Assembly: GCA_038144855.1 (NCBI GenBank)
Contig: JAYQOO010000004.1
Location: forward strand, 12,349 to 76,348
Length of the DNA stretch: 64,000 bases
Direction of reading: 5' to 3'
Origin: Acidimicrobiia bacterium
GTDB taxonomy: Bacteria > Acidobacteriota > Vicinamibacteria > Vicinamibacterales > UBA2999
Shown: positions 8,886-19,380 of the stretch, piece by piece
Numbering within the stretch: the stretch's first letter is position 1
How the letters are laid out: each line of letters begins with the position of its first letter
Position numbers and translations under genes: made by a program
Notes under the pieces: generated by a model
What the model saw: only the letters and a program-made list of their open reading frames with translations
Database searches by the model: none
What the model was told of the DNA's origin: nothing

Positions 8886-8914
8886 TTGCTGACAGTTAGC
8901 AGGAATGTTACGAT
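8886..8914 (+). promoter_or_regulatory. candidate sigma70-type promoter TTGCTG-N17-TACGAT
   Basis: Hexamers at 8886..8891 and 8909..8914 with a 17-nt spacer, in an AT-richer divergent spacer. The -10 ends 14 nt before ATG 8929. Confidence 0.3.
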
Positions 8915-8928
8915 CGAAATTCATCCCC

Positions 8929-10092
<1,164 letters not shown>

Positions 10093-10128
10093 GTCCAGGC
10101 CGTCAGGCCGCAGGACCAAGACCTTCGC

Positions 10129-11226
10129 ATGCGAATTGTCGTAGCCATGTCCGGCGGCGTGGACTCGTCCGTGGCCGCGGCCCTGCTGCACGAGCAGGGT
10201 CATGACGTGATCGGTGTGTCGATGCAGCTCTACGACAACAGCCAGGTCACGGCCTCCGGCCAGCGCGCGTTCGGCACCTGCTGCACCATCGACGATCTCT
10301 ATGACGCCCGTCGCGTCGCCGCCACGATCGGCATTCCCCACTACATCGTCAATTTTGAATCGCAGTTCGGCGACCACGTCATTGCCAACTTCGTCCGCGA
10401 ATACGTCGCGGGCCGCACGCCGATTCCGTGTTCGCACTGCAACAGCGAGCTGAAGTTTGCCGAGCTGCTGGATCGGGCGCGCGCTTACGACGCCGACCAA
10501 CTGGCGACTGGGCATTACGCGCGCATCGAACGCGATGGCGACGGCCGGTATCACCTCTATCGAGGTGCCGACACGTCGAAGGACCAGACCTACTTCCTGT
10601 TCTCGCTCAACCAGGAACAACTCTCGCGCGCGTCGTTTCCGGTGGGCATGCTCGACAAGGACACGGTCCGCGAGCATGCGAAGCGCCTGAACCTACACGT
10701 CACCCAGAAGCCCGACAGCCAGGAGATCTGCTTTGTGCCCGACGGGGACTACGCCGCCTTCATCGAGCGCAAGGCCCCGGAGGCGACGCGAACTGGCACC
10801 GTGGTCGACACTGCGGGGAAAGTGCTGGGCACCCACGCCGGCGTGCATCGCTTCACCATCGGCCAGCGCAAGGGTATCGGCCTGTCGTCGACCGAGCCGC
10901 TGTACGTGCTGGAGATCAAGCCTGAGGCTGCACAGGTCGTCGTCGGCTCCCGCGACGATCTTGGGCGGACGCGCTTGAGTGCCTCTTCGGTGAATTGGGT
11001 CAGCGGCACCGCGCCGTCAGACTGGCTGCGCGTCAGCGCGCAGATCCGTCATCGCCACGCCGCGGCGCCCGCGAAGGTGCGGGCGGTCCGGCTGCAGCCG
11101 GACGCCTCAAAAGACGAAGGGCGCGCCGAACTCGAGTTCGACACGCCCCAGACGGCGATCACCCCCGGACAAGCCGTCGTCTTTTATGACGGCGACGAAG
11201 TCCTCGGCGGCGGTTGGATCGATTAA
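10129..11226 (+). CDS. mnmA: tRNA 2-thiouridine(34) synthase
   Basis: PP-loop VAMSGGVDSSVAA, CCTIDD and CSHCN cysteines, 365 aa. Lies directly downstream of the cysteine desulfurase. Confidence 0.92.
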   Translation: MRIVVAMSGGVDSSVAAALLHEQGHDVIGVSMQLYDNSQVTASGQRAFGTCCTIDDLYDARRVAATIGIPHYIVNFESQFGDHVIANFVREYVAGRTPIPCSHCNSELKFAELLDRARAYDADQLATGHYARIERDGDGRYHLYRGADTSKDQTYFLFSLNQEQLSRASFPVGMLDKDTVREHAKRLNLHVTQKPDSQEICFVPDGDYAAFIERKAPEATRTGTVVDTAGKVLGTHAGVHRFTIGQRKGIGLSSTEPLYVLEIKPEAAQVVVGSRDDLGRTRLSASSVNWVSGTAPSDWLRVSAQIRHRHAAAPAKVRAVRLQPDASKDEGRAELEFDTPQTAITPGQAVVFYDGDEVLGGGWID

Positions 11227-11245
11227 AGACAGTCTTCAGTCTAGT

Positions 11246-11287
11246 GTCGGCAGTGAAGAATTGAATTCTTAACTGCTGACTGCCGAC
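11246..11287. terminator. nested hairpin between convergent mnmA and trxB
   Basis: GTCGGCAGT (11246..11254) pairs with ACTGCCGAC (11279..11287). An inner AAGAATT/AATTCTT stem is present. The right arm overlaps the last trxB codons. No clear U-tract. Confidence 0.35.
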
Positions 11288-12231
11288 TGATGACTGCTTT
11301 CATGCAGCGTTCCTGACAGGAAGCGCTCGGCGTCAATGGCTGCCATGCAGCCTGACCCGGCAGCCGTCACGGCCTGCCGGTAGATGTGATCCTGGACATC
11401 GCCAGCGGCAAACACGCCCGCCACGCTGGTGCGCGAGCCATCGTGGGTTTTCAGGTAGCCGTTGTCGTGCATCGCCAGCTGGCCCTTGAAGAGCGCCGTA
11501 TTCGGATTGTGGCCGATGCCGATGAACACGCCGTCCACGGCCAGTTCGCTCTGCTCGCCGTTGGTCGTGTCGCGCAGCACCAGGGACGTCACCTTGCCCT
11601 GTTCAAGATCCTTGATGTCGACGACTTCCTTGTTCCACAAGAACGAAATATTCGGCGTCGACAGCGCCTTGTCCTGCATCACCTTTGAGGCGCGCAGCGT
11701 GTCACGGCGATGAATCACCGTCACCTGCGTGGCGAGCTTCGACAGGTAGATCGCCTCTTCCATCGCGGTGTCGCCACCGCCGACGACGGCGACCGGCAGC
11801 CCCTTGAAGAAGAAGCCATCACAGGTTGCGCAGGTCGACACGCCGCGGCCGGACAACTTCTTGTCCACGCCAAGATCAAGCCACTTCGCCGACGCGCCGG
11901 TCGCGATGATCAACGCGTCTGCCGTGTACTGCGTCTTGTCGACGTTGATCTTGAAGGGCCGCTCGGACAGATCTACCGAGGACACATCGCCCTGCATGAT
12001 CTCGGCGCCGAAATGCTCGGCCTGCGCCCGCATCTCGCCCATCAGGTCCGGGCCCAGGACGCCGGCGCGGAAGCCGGGATAGTTCTCGACCAGCGTCGTG
12101 AGCATCAACTGGCCACCGGCCTCGACGCCCTCGATCAGCAGCGGCTTGAGGTTGGCGCGCGACGTGTACAGCGCGGCCGTAAGCCCGGCCGGGCCGGAGC
12201 CGATGATGATGACCTGCTTGTGCGTACTCAC
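11269..12231 (-). CDS. trxB: thioredoxin-disulfide reductase
   Basis: GSGPAG, redox CATCDG, GGGDTAMEEA. GTG start overlaps the trxA TGA (GTGA). Confidence 0.92.
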   Translation of the reverse strand: MSTHKQVIIIGSGPAGLTAALYTSRANLKPLLIEGVEAGGQLMLTTLVENYPGFRAGVLGPDLMGEMRAQAEHFGAEIMQGDVSSVDLSERPFKINVDKTQYTADALIIATGASAKWLDLGVDKKLSGRGVSTCATCDGFFFKGLPVAVVGGGDTAMEEAIYLSKLATQVTVIHRRDTLRASKVMQDKALSTPNISFLWNKEVVDIKDLEQGKVTSLVLRDTTNGEQSELAVDGVFIGIGHNPNTALFKGQLAMHDNGYLKTHDGSRTSVAGVFAAGDVQDHIYRQAVTAAGSGCMAAIDAERFLSGTLHESSHQSAVSS

Positions 12232-12551
12232 AGGTGCTTGTCGATGATCTGCGCGAGGCGGTCTTTTGACTCGAGACCGACGACGGTTTCCTGAAGTTCA
12301 CCGTTCTTGAACAGCAACAGCGTCGGGATGCCGCGCACCATGAACTTGCTCGGCGTCATCGGGTTTTCGTCGATGTCCACCTTCGCGACCGTCAGCTTGC
12401 CGTTATATTCCTCGGCGAGCTGATCCACGATCGGCGCAATACGACGGCAGGGCGCGCACCAGGTCGCCCAGAAATCCACGAGCACGACGCCGTTCTTCAC
12501 TTCGTCACCGAAGTTTGCGTCGGTGAAAACCTTAACCTTGTCTGATGCCAT
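12228..12551 (-). CDS. trxA: thioredoxin
   Basis: 107 aa with WCAPC active site (a variant of WCGPC) and the GIPTLLLFKNG motif. GAGG lies 6 nt upstream. Confidence 0.9.
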   Translation of the reverse strand: MASDKVKVFTDANFGDEVKNGVVLVDFWATWCAPCRRIAPIVDQLAEEYNGKLTVAKVDIDENPMTPSKFMVRGIPTLLLFKNGELQETVVGLESKDRLAQIIDKHL

Positions 12552-12614
12552 TTAGCCTCGCTACAGGGTCTTCCGGTGGAATGCCCTGGAAAATGTGTCT
12601 CGAACTGCTTCTGC

Positions 12615-14177
12615 TTACTTGGATGCCGCTGCCCCGGAGGCGTTCCGCTTCCGCACCTGCTGATACATTTTGACATATTCGGTCGCGGAGCGGCCCCAGG
12701 AGAAGTCGGCCTTCATGCCGTTCTTTTGCAGCCGAGACCACACTTTCTTGTTCGGGTAAGCGGCCAAAGCGCTGGTGAGCGCGTGCATCATCGCGCCGGG
12801 GTTGTAGTCGGAGAACAGGAAGCCCGTGCCCTGGCCGTTCCTGGGGTTGTGGGGCTTGACCGTGTCGACCAGCCCGCCCACGGCGCGCACCACGGGCACG
12901 GTGCCGTAGCGCAGGCTATACATCTGGTTCAGGCCGCACGGCTCGAAGCGTGACGGCATCAGGAAGATGTCTGCCCCGCCTTCAACCAGGTGCGCCCGCC
13001 GCTCGTCGAAACCGATGAACGCGCCGACGCGGTCAGGCCGCCAGCGCGACAGGCCCGTCCACATGTCCTGGTAGCGCGGTTCACCAGTACCGACGATCAC
13101 AAACGTCGCGTCGAGCGCCGCCAGATCGCCGGCCACGGCAGCAATCAGGTCCAGGCCCTTTTGATCGACCATGCGGGACACCATGCCCACGACCGGCCGC
13201 TGCATGAGTGCGTCGCTCACCGTGAACCCGAACGCCTCGAGTAGCGCGCGCTTCGCGACCGCCTTGCCCTCCAGGCGATCAACGTCAAACGGCGCGGGCA
13301 ACAGCGGATCGGACGCGGGGTTCCACTCATCGTGATCGATGCCGTTGAGGATCCCGACCAGGCGATCGCGACGCGATCGGATCACGCCGTCGAGACTCTG
13401 GCCATACTCGGCGCGCTGAATCTCTTCCGCGTACGTCGGGCTGACCGTGGTGATCACGGCGGCGCGATTGATCCCGGCCTTCATGAAGCTGAGGCGATCG
13501 AAAAACTCAAAGCCGCCGATCGTGAAGTCGTCCCACCGCAGCCCAAGGCGCGGCACCCACGACTTGTCGAAGACGCCCTGGTAGGCCAGGTTGTGGATCG
13601 TAAAGACGGTGCTGGGGGTTGAGGAGGCAGCGGCAAGGTGCTGACGCACATACGTAGGCGCCAGGCCGCCCTGCCAGTCGTGCGCATGGACAATGTCGAA
13701 GGGCTCGCTCTCACGCGACACGAAGTCAATCGCGGCTGCGGATAGCACGGCGTAGCGCACCGGGTTGTCGGCGTAGTCGCCGTGCGCGTCGTAGTAGATC
13801 CCGCTGCGATCGTAGAGTTTGGGGCACTCGAGCATCAGCACCCGCGCGCCTTCAAAGGGGGCCTCACGCAGGCGGGTGTGAAACACATGCCCGGCCACTT
13901 CGAGCGTGGACTCGGCCACCACCGGACCATCGGGCATGCCGCGATAGCGGGGGGTCACCAGGGTGACGTGATGCCCAAGCCGCCCGATCGCCTTGGGCAG
14001 CGCGGTCGCGACGTCGGCGAGGCCGCCCGTTTTTGAGAACGGCTGCGCCTCGGATGCAATCATCAGGATGCGCAAAGTTCCTGGCTGGCGGGCGGCAGCC
14101 GCCCGCTTTCGGCCGACCGTTTTTGACGATCGGCTGTCGGCTTTCGGCGCTGGAGACTTGACGGACTTTCGGGCCAT
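12615..14177 (-). CDS. glgA: glycogen synthase
   Basis: ILMIASEAQPFSKTGGLADV N-terminal signature; C-terminal PSRFEPCGLNQMY. The track start gives a 34-aa basic extension. An in-frame TTG at 14075 would give the canonical MRILMIASE start. Confidence 0.9.
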   Translation of the reverse strand: MARKSVKSPAPKADSRSSKTVGRKRAAAARQPGTLRILMIASEAQPFSKTGGLADVATALPKAIGRLGHHVTLVTPRYRGMPDGPVVAESTLEVAGHVFHTRLREAPFEGARVLMLECPKLYDRSGIYYDAHGDYADNPVRYAVLSAAAIDFVSRESEPFDIVHAHDWQGGLAPTYVRQHLAAASSTPSTVFTIHNLAYQGVFDKSWVPRLGLRWDDFTIGGFEFFDRLSFMKAGINRAAVITTVSPTYAEEIQRAEYGQSLDGVIRSRRDRLVGILNGIDHDEWNPASDPLLPAPFDVDRLEGKAVAKRALLEAFGFTVSDALMQRPVVGMVSRMVDQKGLDLIAAVAGDLAALDATFVIVGTGEPRYQDMWTGLSRWRPDRVGAFIGFDERRAHLVEGGADIFLMPSRFEPCGLNQMYSLRYGTVPVVRAVGGLVDTVKPHNPRNGQGTGFLFSDYNPGAMMHALTSALAAYPNKKVWSRLQKNGMKADFSWGRSATEYVKMYQQVRKRNASGAAASK

Positions 14178-14218
14178 GCGTCTTCTAGCTTACGCCCATC
14201 GCCGAACATGAGCAGACT

Positions 14219-14247
14219 GATAGCTCATCGCCGATAGCTGATAGCAT
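14219..14247. promoter_or_regulatory. three GATAGC copies in the glgA / fdhE-like divergent spacer; the last forms TAGCAT 6 nt before GTG 14254
   Basis: GATAGCT at 14219 and 14233, GATAGCA at 14240. TAGCAT at 14242..14247 is a TAnnnT -10-like hexamer. Confidence 0.45.
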
Positions 14248-14253
14248 CATGGC

Positions 14254-15075
14254 GTGTCTGCCCCCCCATCCGGCGGATCGCGCCTGCTCCCACGCGATGT
14301 CCTGGAGCTCAAGGCGCTTGCCGAACGTCAGCCGGCGCTCGCCCCAGCCGCCATGCTGCAGGTCGATCTCATCGAAGCGGTACGCCGCGTCCAGGGGCGG
14401 CTGACGACCCCATGGATCGAAACACCGGCAGACACCCTGCGGGCACGGCTGGCAGGTGGACACGCGCTGCTCGAGTTCTCGCAGATCGCATTCGACTGGA
14501 ACGACGTTCGCCTGCTGACGCGCCAGGTGACCGACGTCCTGCGGCGTCATGAAGTGATCGATGCGCCAACCACAACGGCGCTGCATGGCGTTGGCCGAAG
14601 CCCCGACCTGCCAGGGGTGATGCAGGCCTGGTTCGAGCAACAGCCGATCATGGATGTCGAGATGCTCGGCGAGGTCCTGGCCTGGTCGGCGCGGCCCTAC
14701 CTGCAGCGCACGGCGGAAGTCCTTCAACAGCGGGTCAGCCTGGAGCACTGGACCCAACGCAACTGCCCCGTCTGCGCCGCCGAACCTGAATTTTCGGTGA
14801 TCACCACCACCGGCGAGCGGCAGTTAGTCTGCGGCCGATGTCACGTGCGCTGGCACTTCAATCCGATCGCCTGCCCGTACTGCGGCAATGACGATCGGAG
14901 CACCATCAAGTCGATGGCAACCCCGGACGGCACCTACCGCGTCATGATCTGCTCGCCATGCGGGCGGTACATCAAGGCACTCGACACACGAAAGTCTTCG
15001 CGGCCGCTGCTCCCATATCTTGATTTGATTGCGACACTGCCGCTGGACGCGGCGGTGATGAATAGCAGCAAGTAG
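14254..15075 (+). CDS. FdhE family protein (formate dehydrogenase accessory-like)
   Basis: C-terminal cysteine pairs spaced as in FdhE: CPVC-x19-CGRC-x3-W-x8-CPYC-x24-CSPC-x2-YIK. Confidence 0.7.
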   Translation: MSAPPSGGSRLLPRDVLELKALAERQPALAPAAMLQVDLIEAVRRVQGRLTTPWIETPADTLRARLAGGHALLEFSQIAFDWNDVRLLTRQVTDVLRRHEVIDAPTTTALHGVGRSPDLPGVMQAWFEQQPIMDVEMLGEVLAWSARPYLQRTAEVLQQRVSLEHWTQRNCPVCAAEPEFSVITTTGERQLVCGRCHVRWHFNPIACPYCGNDDRSTIKSMATPDGTYRVMICSPCGRYIKALDTRKSSRPLLPYLDLIATLPLDAAVMNSSK

Positions 15076-15136
15076 CTCGTCGCAGGTATCAAGCAACAAG
15101 ACGTTCTTCTTGCTACTTGCTACTTGAGTGTTGCTA

Positions 15137-16264
15137 CTACTGTTGGTGATCCTGCTGCCCCGGAGGCGACTGGAAGTCGCCCTCGAGCAACGCCTTCGTC
15201 CGGGTCGCCATCCAGTTGAACAGATGACGTGTTTCCCAGAAGCGGCCGGCGTTCGACTTGGCGCCGAGCACGACAAACGCCACCTGCTGCCCCGATTGCG
15301 GGAGACGCAGCAGCGTCGCCAGGCAGTAACCCGATCGGCTGATAAAGCCGGTCTTGCCGCCCACGACATCGATATCGCCGTTGCGGACGATCTGGTTGGT
15401 GCTGTTGGCGTGGATCACGCGCTTGCCCATGCTCGTCGTGTATGACGTCTTGCGCATGATGGCGCCGACACGCTCATCGGCCGCCGCGTAGGCGATCAAG
15501 CGGGCCTGATCGTAGGCCGACGACATGTTGTCGGCCAGCAAGCCTGAGGGATCCGAATAGACAGTGCTCTCAAGACCGAGTTCCTTGGCCTTGGCGTTCA
15601 TCCGCTGGATGAACGCGTCGTAGCCGAGCACGGACACACGGGCCAGCGCGCGAGCAGCGGCGTTGTCCGACCCCACCAGCAACAGGTTGAGCAGGTCTTC
15701 CGCGGTGAGCTTGAAGCCGTAGCGCAGATAAGTGGTCGAAGCTCGGGCCACGTCACTGCGCTGGACGTTAACCACCGTCGACAGCGGCGTTTCACTTTCG
15801 AGGAACACCAGCGCCGTCATCACCTTCGTGATGCTGGCGATCGAACGCTGATCCTTCGAGTGATTCTCCCAGAGCACTTCGCCGGTCTCGGGGTTGTAGA
15901 TGATGGCGGCCTCAGCTCGCACATCCGGAACTTCGCGGCCGAACTCGTCGACGCGGAAACGCGGCGTCTGCAGATCCTTCAACTCACGCGCGCGCGCTGT
16001 GGCGCGGGCCCGGGCCAAATTCGCGCGACGCGTGCGCGCGGTGGACGGCGAATATGCTGGCTTCTTGGCGGTGCTCTTGGCCGTCGCCTGCTTGGTGGCA
16101 GTCTGCTTCGACGCGGTGCGGGTGGCCGCACGAGCCGGAGTCTTCTGGCCTTGAGCCTTTGTCGCCGCAAGAACCGGCGCATCGAAACCTGGCATTGAGG
16201 CCAAGCTCAGCGCGACGATCGCGGCCGACACAGCTATTTGCGTGAAGCGGGATTGCTTCGCCAT
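15137..16264 (-). CDS. D-alanyl-D-alanine carboxypeptidase (peptidase S11, low-MW PBP)
   Basis: SxxK = SITK, SxN = SDN (LVGSDNAAA), KTG = GGKTGF. Signal peptide followed by a long basic Ala/Thr/Lys linker. Confidence 0.85.
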   Translation of the reverse strand: MAKQSRFTQIAVSAAIVALSLASMPGFDAPVLAATKAQGQKTPARAATRTASKQTATKQATAKSTAKKPAYSPSTARTRRANLARARATARARELKDLQTPRFRVDEFGREVPDVRAEAAIIYNPETGEVLWENHSKDQRSIASITKVMTALVFLESETPLSTVVNVQRSDVARASTTYLRYGFKLTAEDLLNLLLVGSDNAAARALARVSVLGYDAFIQRMNAKAKELGLESTVYSDPSGLLADNMSSAYDQARLIAYAAADERVGAIMRKTSYTTSMGKRVIHANSTNQIVRNGDIDVVGGKTGFISRSGYCLATLLRLPQSGQQVAFVVLGAKSNAGRFWETRHLFNWMATRTKALLEGDFQSPPGQQDHQQ

Positions 16265-16279
16265 CGAAAAGTTCCAGGG

Positions 16280-16308
16280 ATTGTAACCACACTATCTTCA
16301 ATAAGCAA
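16280..16308 (-). promoter_or_regulatory. sigma70-type promoter TTGCTT-N17-TACAAT for the carboxypeptidase gene
   Basis: Reverse strand: TTGCTT (16308..16303), exact 17-nt spacer, TACAAT (16285..16280). The -10 ends 15 nt before ATG 16264. The spacer is AT-rich. Confidence 0.5.
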
Positions 16309-16345
16309 TAGGGTTTAGCGCCATTGGTTTACACTTGGCGGCCTA

Positions 16346-16897
16346 ATGGATCGGGACCGACAGTCCGAGTACCTGGTGCTTCGTCAGACCATTGCGCAAC
16401 GTGGGGCCCTTCGAGCGGTCCTTGCCCTGGCCGGCATCGCCATCTGGGCCGCGGTTCTTCTGACAACGCTCGCCGTGCTCCCCTACCCGGCGGCGGCCGT
16501 GATTCCACTCCTGGTGCTCCTCGTAACGTTCGAGGTCATCAGGCCTTTACACTTCGGCGCCGAGCGGATTGGCCGCTATATCCAGGTTTTCCATGAGGAG
16601 GCCGGCAACCCCGACCGCCCGCTGGCCGACACGCCGTCGTGGGAACGCGTCGCCATGAGCTTCGGGACCGTACCAGGCGTTGGCGGGCACCCGTTGTTCG
16701 TCCCACTCTTTTTTCTGGCGACGCTCGTCAACTACCTGGCGGTACTGCTGCCCCAGCCTGTGCCGGTGGAGCTGGTGACGATGGCGATTCCGCACCTCGC
16801 CTTTATGGTCTGGCTGATACGAGCGGATCGCGCGATGCGCGGCCAACGCGCCATTGAGCTGGCACGCTTACGGGCGCTGAGGGACGGCACAGAATAG
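16346..16897 (+). CDS. 4-TM membrane protein (hypothetical)
   Basis: 183 aa with four hydrophobic spans. Its TAG overlaps the GTG of the next gene (TAGTG at 16895..16899). Confidence 0.6.
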   Translation: MDRDRQSEYLVLRQTIAQRGALRAVLALAGIAIWAAVLLTTLAVLPYPAAAVIPLLVLLVTFEVIRPLHFGAERIGRYIQVFHEEAGNPDRPLADTPSWERVAMSFGTVPGVGGHPLFVPLFFLATLVNYLAVLLPQPVPVELVTMAIPHLAFMVWLIRADRAMRGQRAIELARLRALRDGTE

Positions 16898-19341
16898 TGG
16901 ACGCGCTGCTCCAGGATTTGCGCTACGCCGTCAGGCATTTGCGGCGCTCGCCTGGGTTCAGTGCCGCCGCGATCCTGATCCTCGCGCTCGGGGTGGGCGC
17001 CAACACCGGGATGTTCAGCATCCTGAACGGCCTGCTCCTTCGACCCCTGCCTGTCAGCAGTCCCGAAACGCTGGTCGGCGTGCAGACGTTTGGTGCCAAC
17101 GGCGGCCGACGCGGCATCCTCGTCCCAATCGCCGAGCTTCTCGAACAGGCCGACAGCCCATTCTCCCGCGCGTGCGCGATCAACGGCGGGGGCATCTTTG
17201 CGATTGAAGCCAACGGCGTGGCCTCCCAAGGCTCCATGGCCACGGTCACCGCCTCGTGTTTCGACGTGCTCGGCGTGCCGCCACTCTGGGGCCGAGCCAT
17301 CAACGCCGCCGACTCGCCTGTGCGTGGCAAAGGCAACCTGGTCACCGTTCTCGGACACCGCTTTTACAGCCGGACGTTCGGGAACGACCCCAACGTGATC
17401 GGCAAGACCGTCAAGACCGAAGGCGTCGAGCTCATGGTGATCGGCGTGATGCCGCAGGGCTTTGTCGGACTGCAGGCAGACGCGGGCACTGACTTCTACG
17501 TGCCCAACTACAGCGTTACGCCGATGCGCGCGGACCGGCCGGCCTCGTCGCCTCAACTGATCGGGCGCCTCAAGCCGGGCGTCACGCTTGCCGCGGCGCA
17601 AGCCGAGTTGAGCGCCCGGTGGCCGTCGCTGGTCGCGGAGGTGACGCCGTCAACGCTCGCAACGGCCGAGCGCAACAACTTCCTGGATCAATCACCGCGG
17701 CTGGAATCATTGGAACTGGGACTCAACTTCTATCGCGACCGGTATGGCCGTTCGCTGACGATCATCCTGGGCTTGACCGGCGTGTTGCTCCTGCTGGCCT
17801 GCATCAATCTTGGTGGCCTGCTGCTGGCGCGACTCAACGAGCGCACACCTGAGATCAGCGTCCGTCTGGCGCTCGGCAGTTCCGGATTCCGGCTCGGCCA
17901 GCAGATGCTGCTCGAGAGCCTGCTGCTGTCCGTGTCGGGGACGCTGCTCGCGATTCCGTTTTCCTTTGCCATGGTCGGCCTGCTGTCGTCGCTGCTGCCA
18001 ACCACGATGGTGGCGCACTCCCTGGATTTCTCACCTGACGGCCGCGTCCTCGCCATCACGTCCGCGATCGGTGTGTTGTCCGGCGTTGCGATGTGTGCAA
18101 TCCCGCTCGCCCTGCTATGGCATCGCCGCGCGCGCCTGCTGAGCCCGTCGGATCGCACGGTTGTCAGCGCGACCAGCCGGTGGGCGCGTGGCATGCTGAT
18201 CGTCCAGGTCGCCCTGTCGATGATCATGCTCAGCGGCGCCGGGCTGCTGATCCGATCGCTCTACAACCTGCAGAACGTCAACACCGGGGTGCGCGCCGAA
18301 CAGGTCGTCAACCTGCGATTGATGCCGATGCCGGGCGGCTATCGCGGCATCGACAACCCGACGTATTACCGCGGCCTGCTAGATGAGATCGCCGCGTTGC
18401 CGGGCGTCCGCAGCGTGGGGTTCTCGCGGCTGTTCCCCCGCGCGGGTGACCTGGTGGGCCTGCCGATTGGTTTTGTCGGCGATCCACAACCGCAGCTCCT
18501 GGCGCAAATGGAAAGCGCGTCCCCTGGCCTGTTCGAAACGCTCGGGATCCCGCTGCTACGCGGGCGATTGCCGCTGTGGACCGACACGCCGTCGACACAG
18601 CAGGTCGCCATCGTCAATGAGAGCCTGGCAAAGCAGTTGTCCGCAGACGGCGACGTGATCGGGCGGCATGTGAAGTACGGCACCACGCCGGCCGACCAGG
18701 ACGTGGAAATTGTCGGCATCGTGGGCGACGCCACGCTCGGCAGCCTGCGCCTTCCCCACTTCCCGCTGTTCTATCGCCCGATGCTGCAGGCCGGCCTGTT
18801 TGGCAACTATCCGAACGTGCTGGCACGAGTCGACGGCGATCCCTTTGACGCGATTGATGCCATCGCGCACCTCGTCAGGCAACGCGGACGTGAATACGCG
18901 CATCAATCGAACACCTTGGAAAACGTCTTCGCGCAGTCACCATCAAACGAGCGCATGAGCGCGTCGCTCGCCGGCCTCGTCGCGGTTCTCGCGGTGACGC
19001 TGGCCTTCGTGGGGCTGTATTCGCTGCTGGCCCATAGCGTGGCTCGTCGCACGCGAGAAATCGGGCTGCGCGTGGCTCTTGGTGCGGCCCGCGGCGAGGT
19101 GATCCGGATGGTGATGCGCGACGGCCTGGTGCTCACCGCCATCGGCGTCTCGATCGGTGTCCCGGCCGCGCTGGCCGGCAGCGGCGTGCTGCGCGCCATG
19201 CTCTTCGGCGTCAGCAGCGGCGACCCGTTCGTGCTGACTGCAGCGGTGCTGTTCTTCCTGGCACTCGGACTGGCCGCGGGCATCATCCCCGCCCGCCGTG
19301 CAGCCGGCGTCGACCCCGCCATTGCCCTGCGGAACGAGTAG
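16897..19341 (+). CDS. ADOP-type (acidobacterial duplicated orphan permease) MacB/FtsX-like ABC permease
   Basis: Characteristic N-terminus LLQDLRYAVRHLRRSPGFSAAAILILALGVGANT. Duplicated MacB-periplasmic plus FtsX halves. Second-half ending REIGLRVALGA...VDPAIALRNE. No ATPase gene adjacent. Confidence 0.85.
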   Translation: MDALLQDLRYAVRHLRRSPGFSAAAILILALGVGANTGMFSILNGLLLRPLPVSSPETLVGVQTFGANGGRRGILVPIAELLEQADSPFSRACAINGGGIFAIEANGVASQGSMATVTASCFDVLGVPPLWGRAINAADSPVRGKGNLVTVLGHRFYSRTFGNDPNVIGKTVKTEGVELMVIGVMPQGFVGLQADAGTDFYVPNYSVTPMRADRPASSPQLIGRLKPGVTLAAAQAELSARWPSLVAEVTPSTLATAERNNFLDQSPRLESLELGLNFYRDRYGRSLTIILGLTGVLLLLACINLGGLLLARLNERTPEISVRLALGSSGFRLGQQMLLESLLLSVSGTLLAIPFSFAMVGLLSSLLPTTMVAHSLDFSPDGRVLAITSAIGVLSGVAMCAIPLALLWHRRARLLSPSDRTVVSATSRWARGMLIVQVALSMIMLSGAGLLIRSLYNLQNVNTGVRAEQVVNLRLMPMPGGYRGIDNPTYYRGLLDEIAALPGVRSVGFSRLFPRAGDLVGLPIGFVGDPQPQLLAQMESASPGLFETLGIPLLRGRLPLWTDTPSTQQVAIVNESLAKQLSADGDVIGRHVKYGTTPADQDVEIVGIVGDATLGSLRLPHFPLFYRPMLQAGLFGNYPNVLARVDGDPFDAIDAIAHLVRQRGREYAHQSNTLENVFAQSPSNERMSASLAGLVAVLAVTLAFVGLYSLLAHSVARRTREIGLRVALGAARGEVIRMVMRDGLVLTAIGVSIGVPAALAGSGVLRAMLFGVSSGDPFVLTAAVLFFLALGLAAGIIPARRAAGVDPAIALRNE

Positions 19342-19380
19342 CCGAACTGCTATTCGATTTTCGCCGGAACCGGTCTGCTT

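Noticed and set aside
12228-12551. Thioredoxin active site WCAPC instead of WCGPC
   Set aside because: A known natural variant of the CxxC motif. The rest of the protein is canonical and the gene is coupled to trxB. Not unusual enough to flag.
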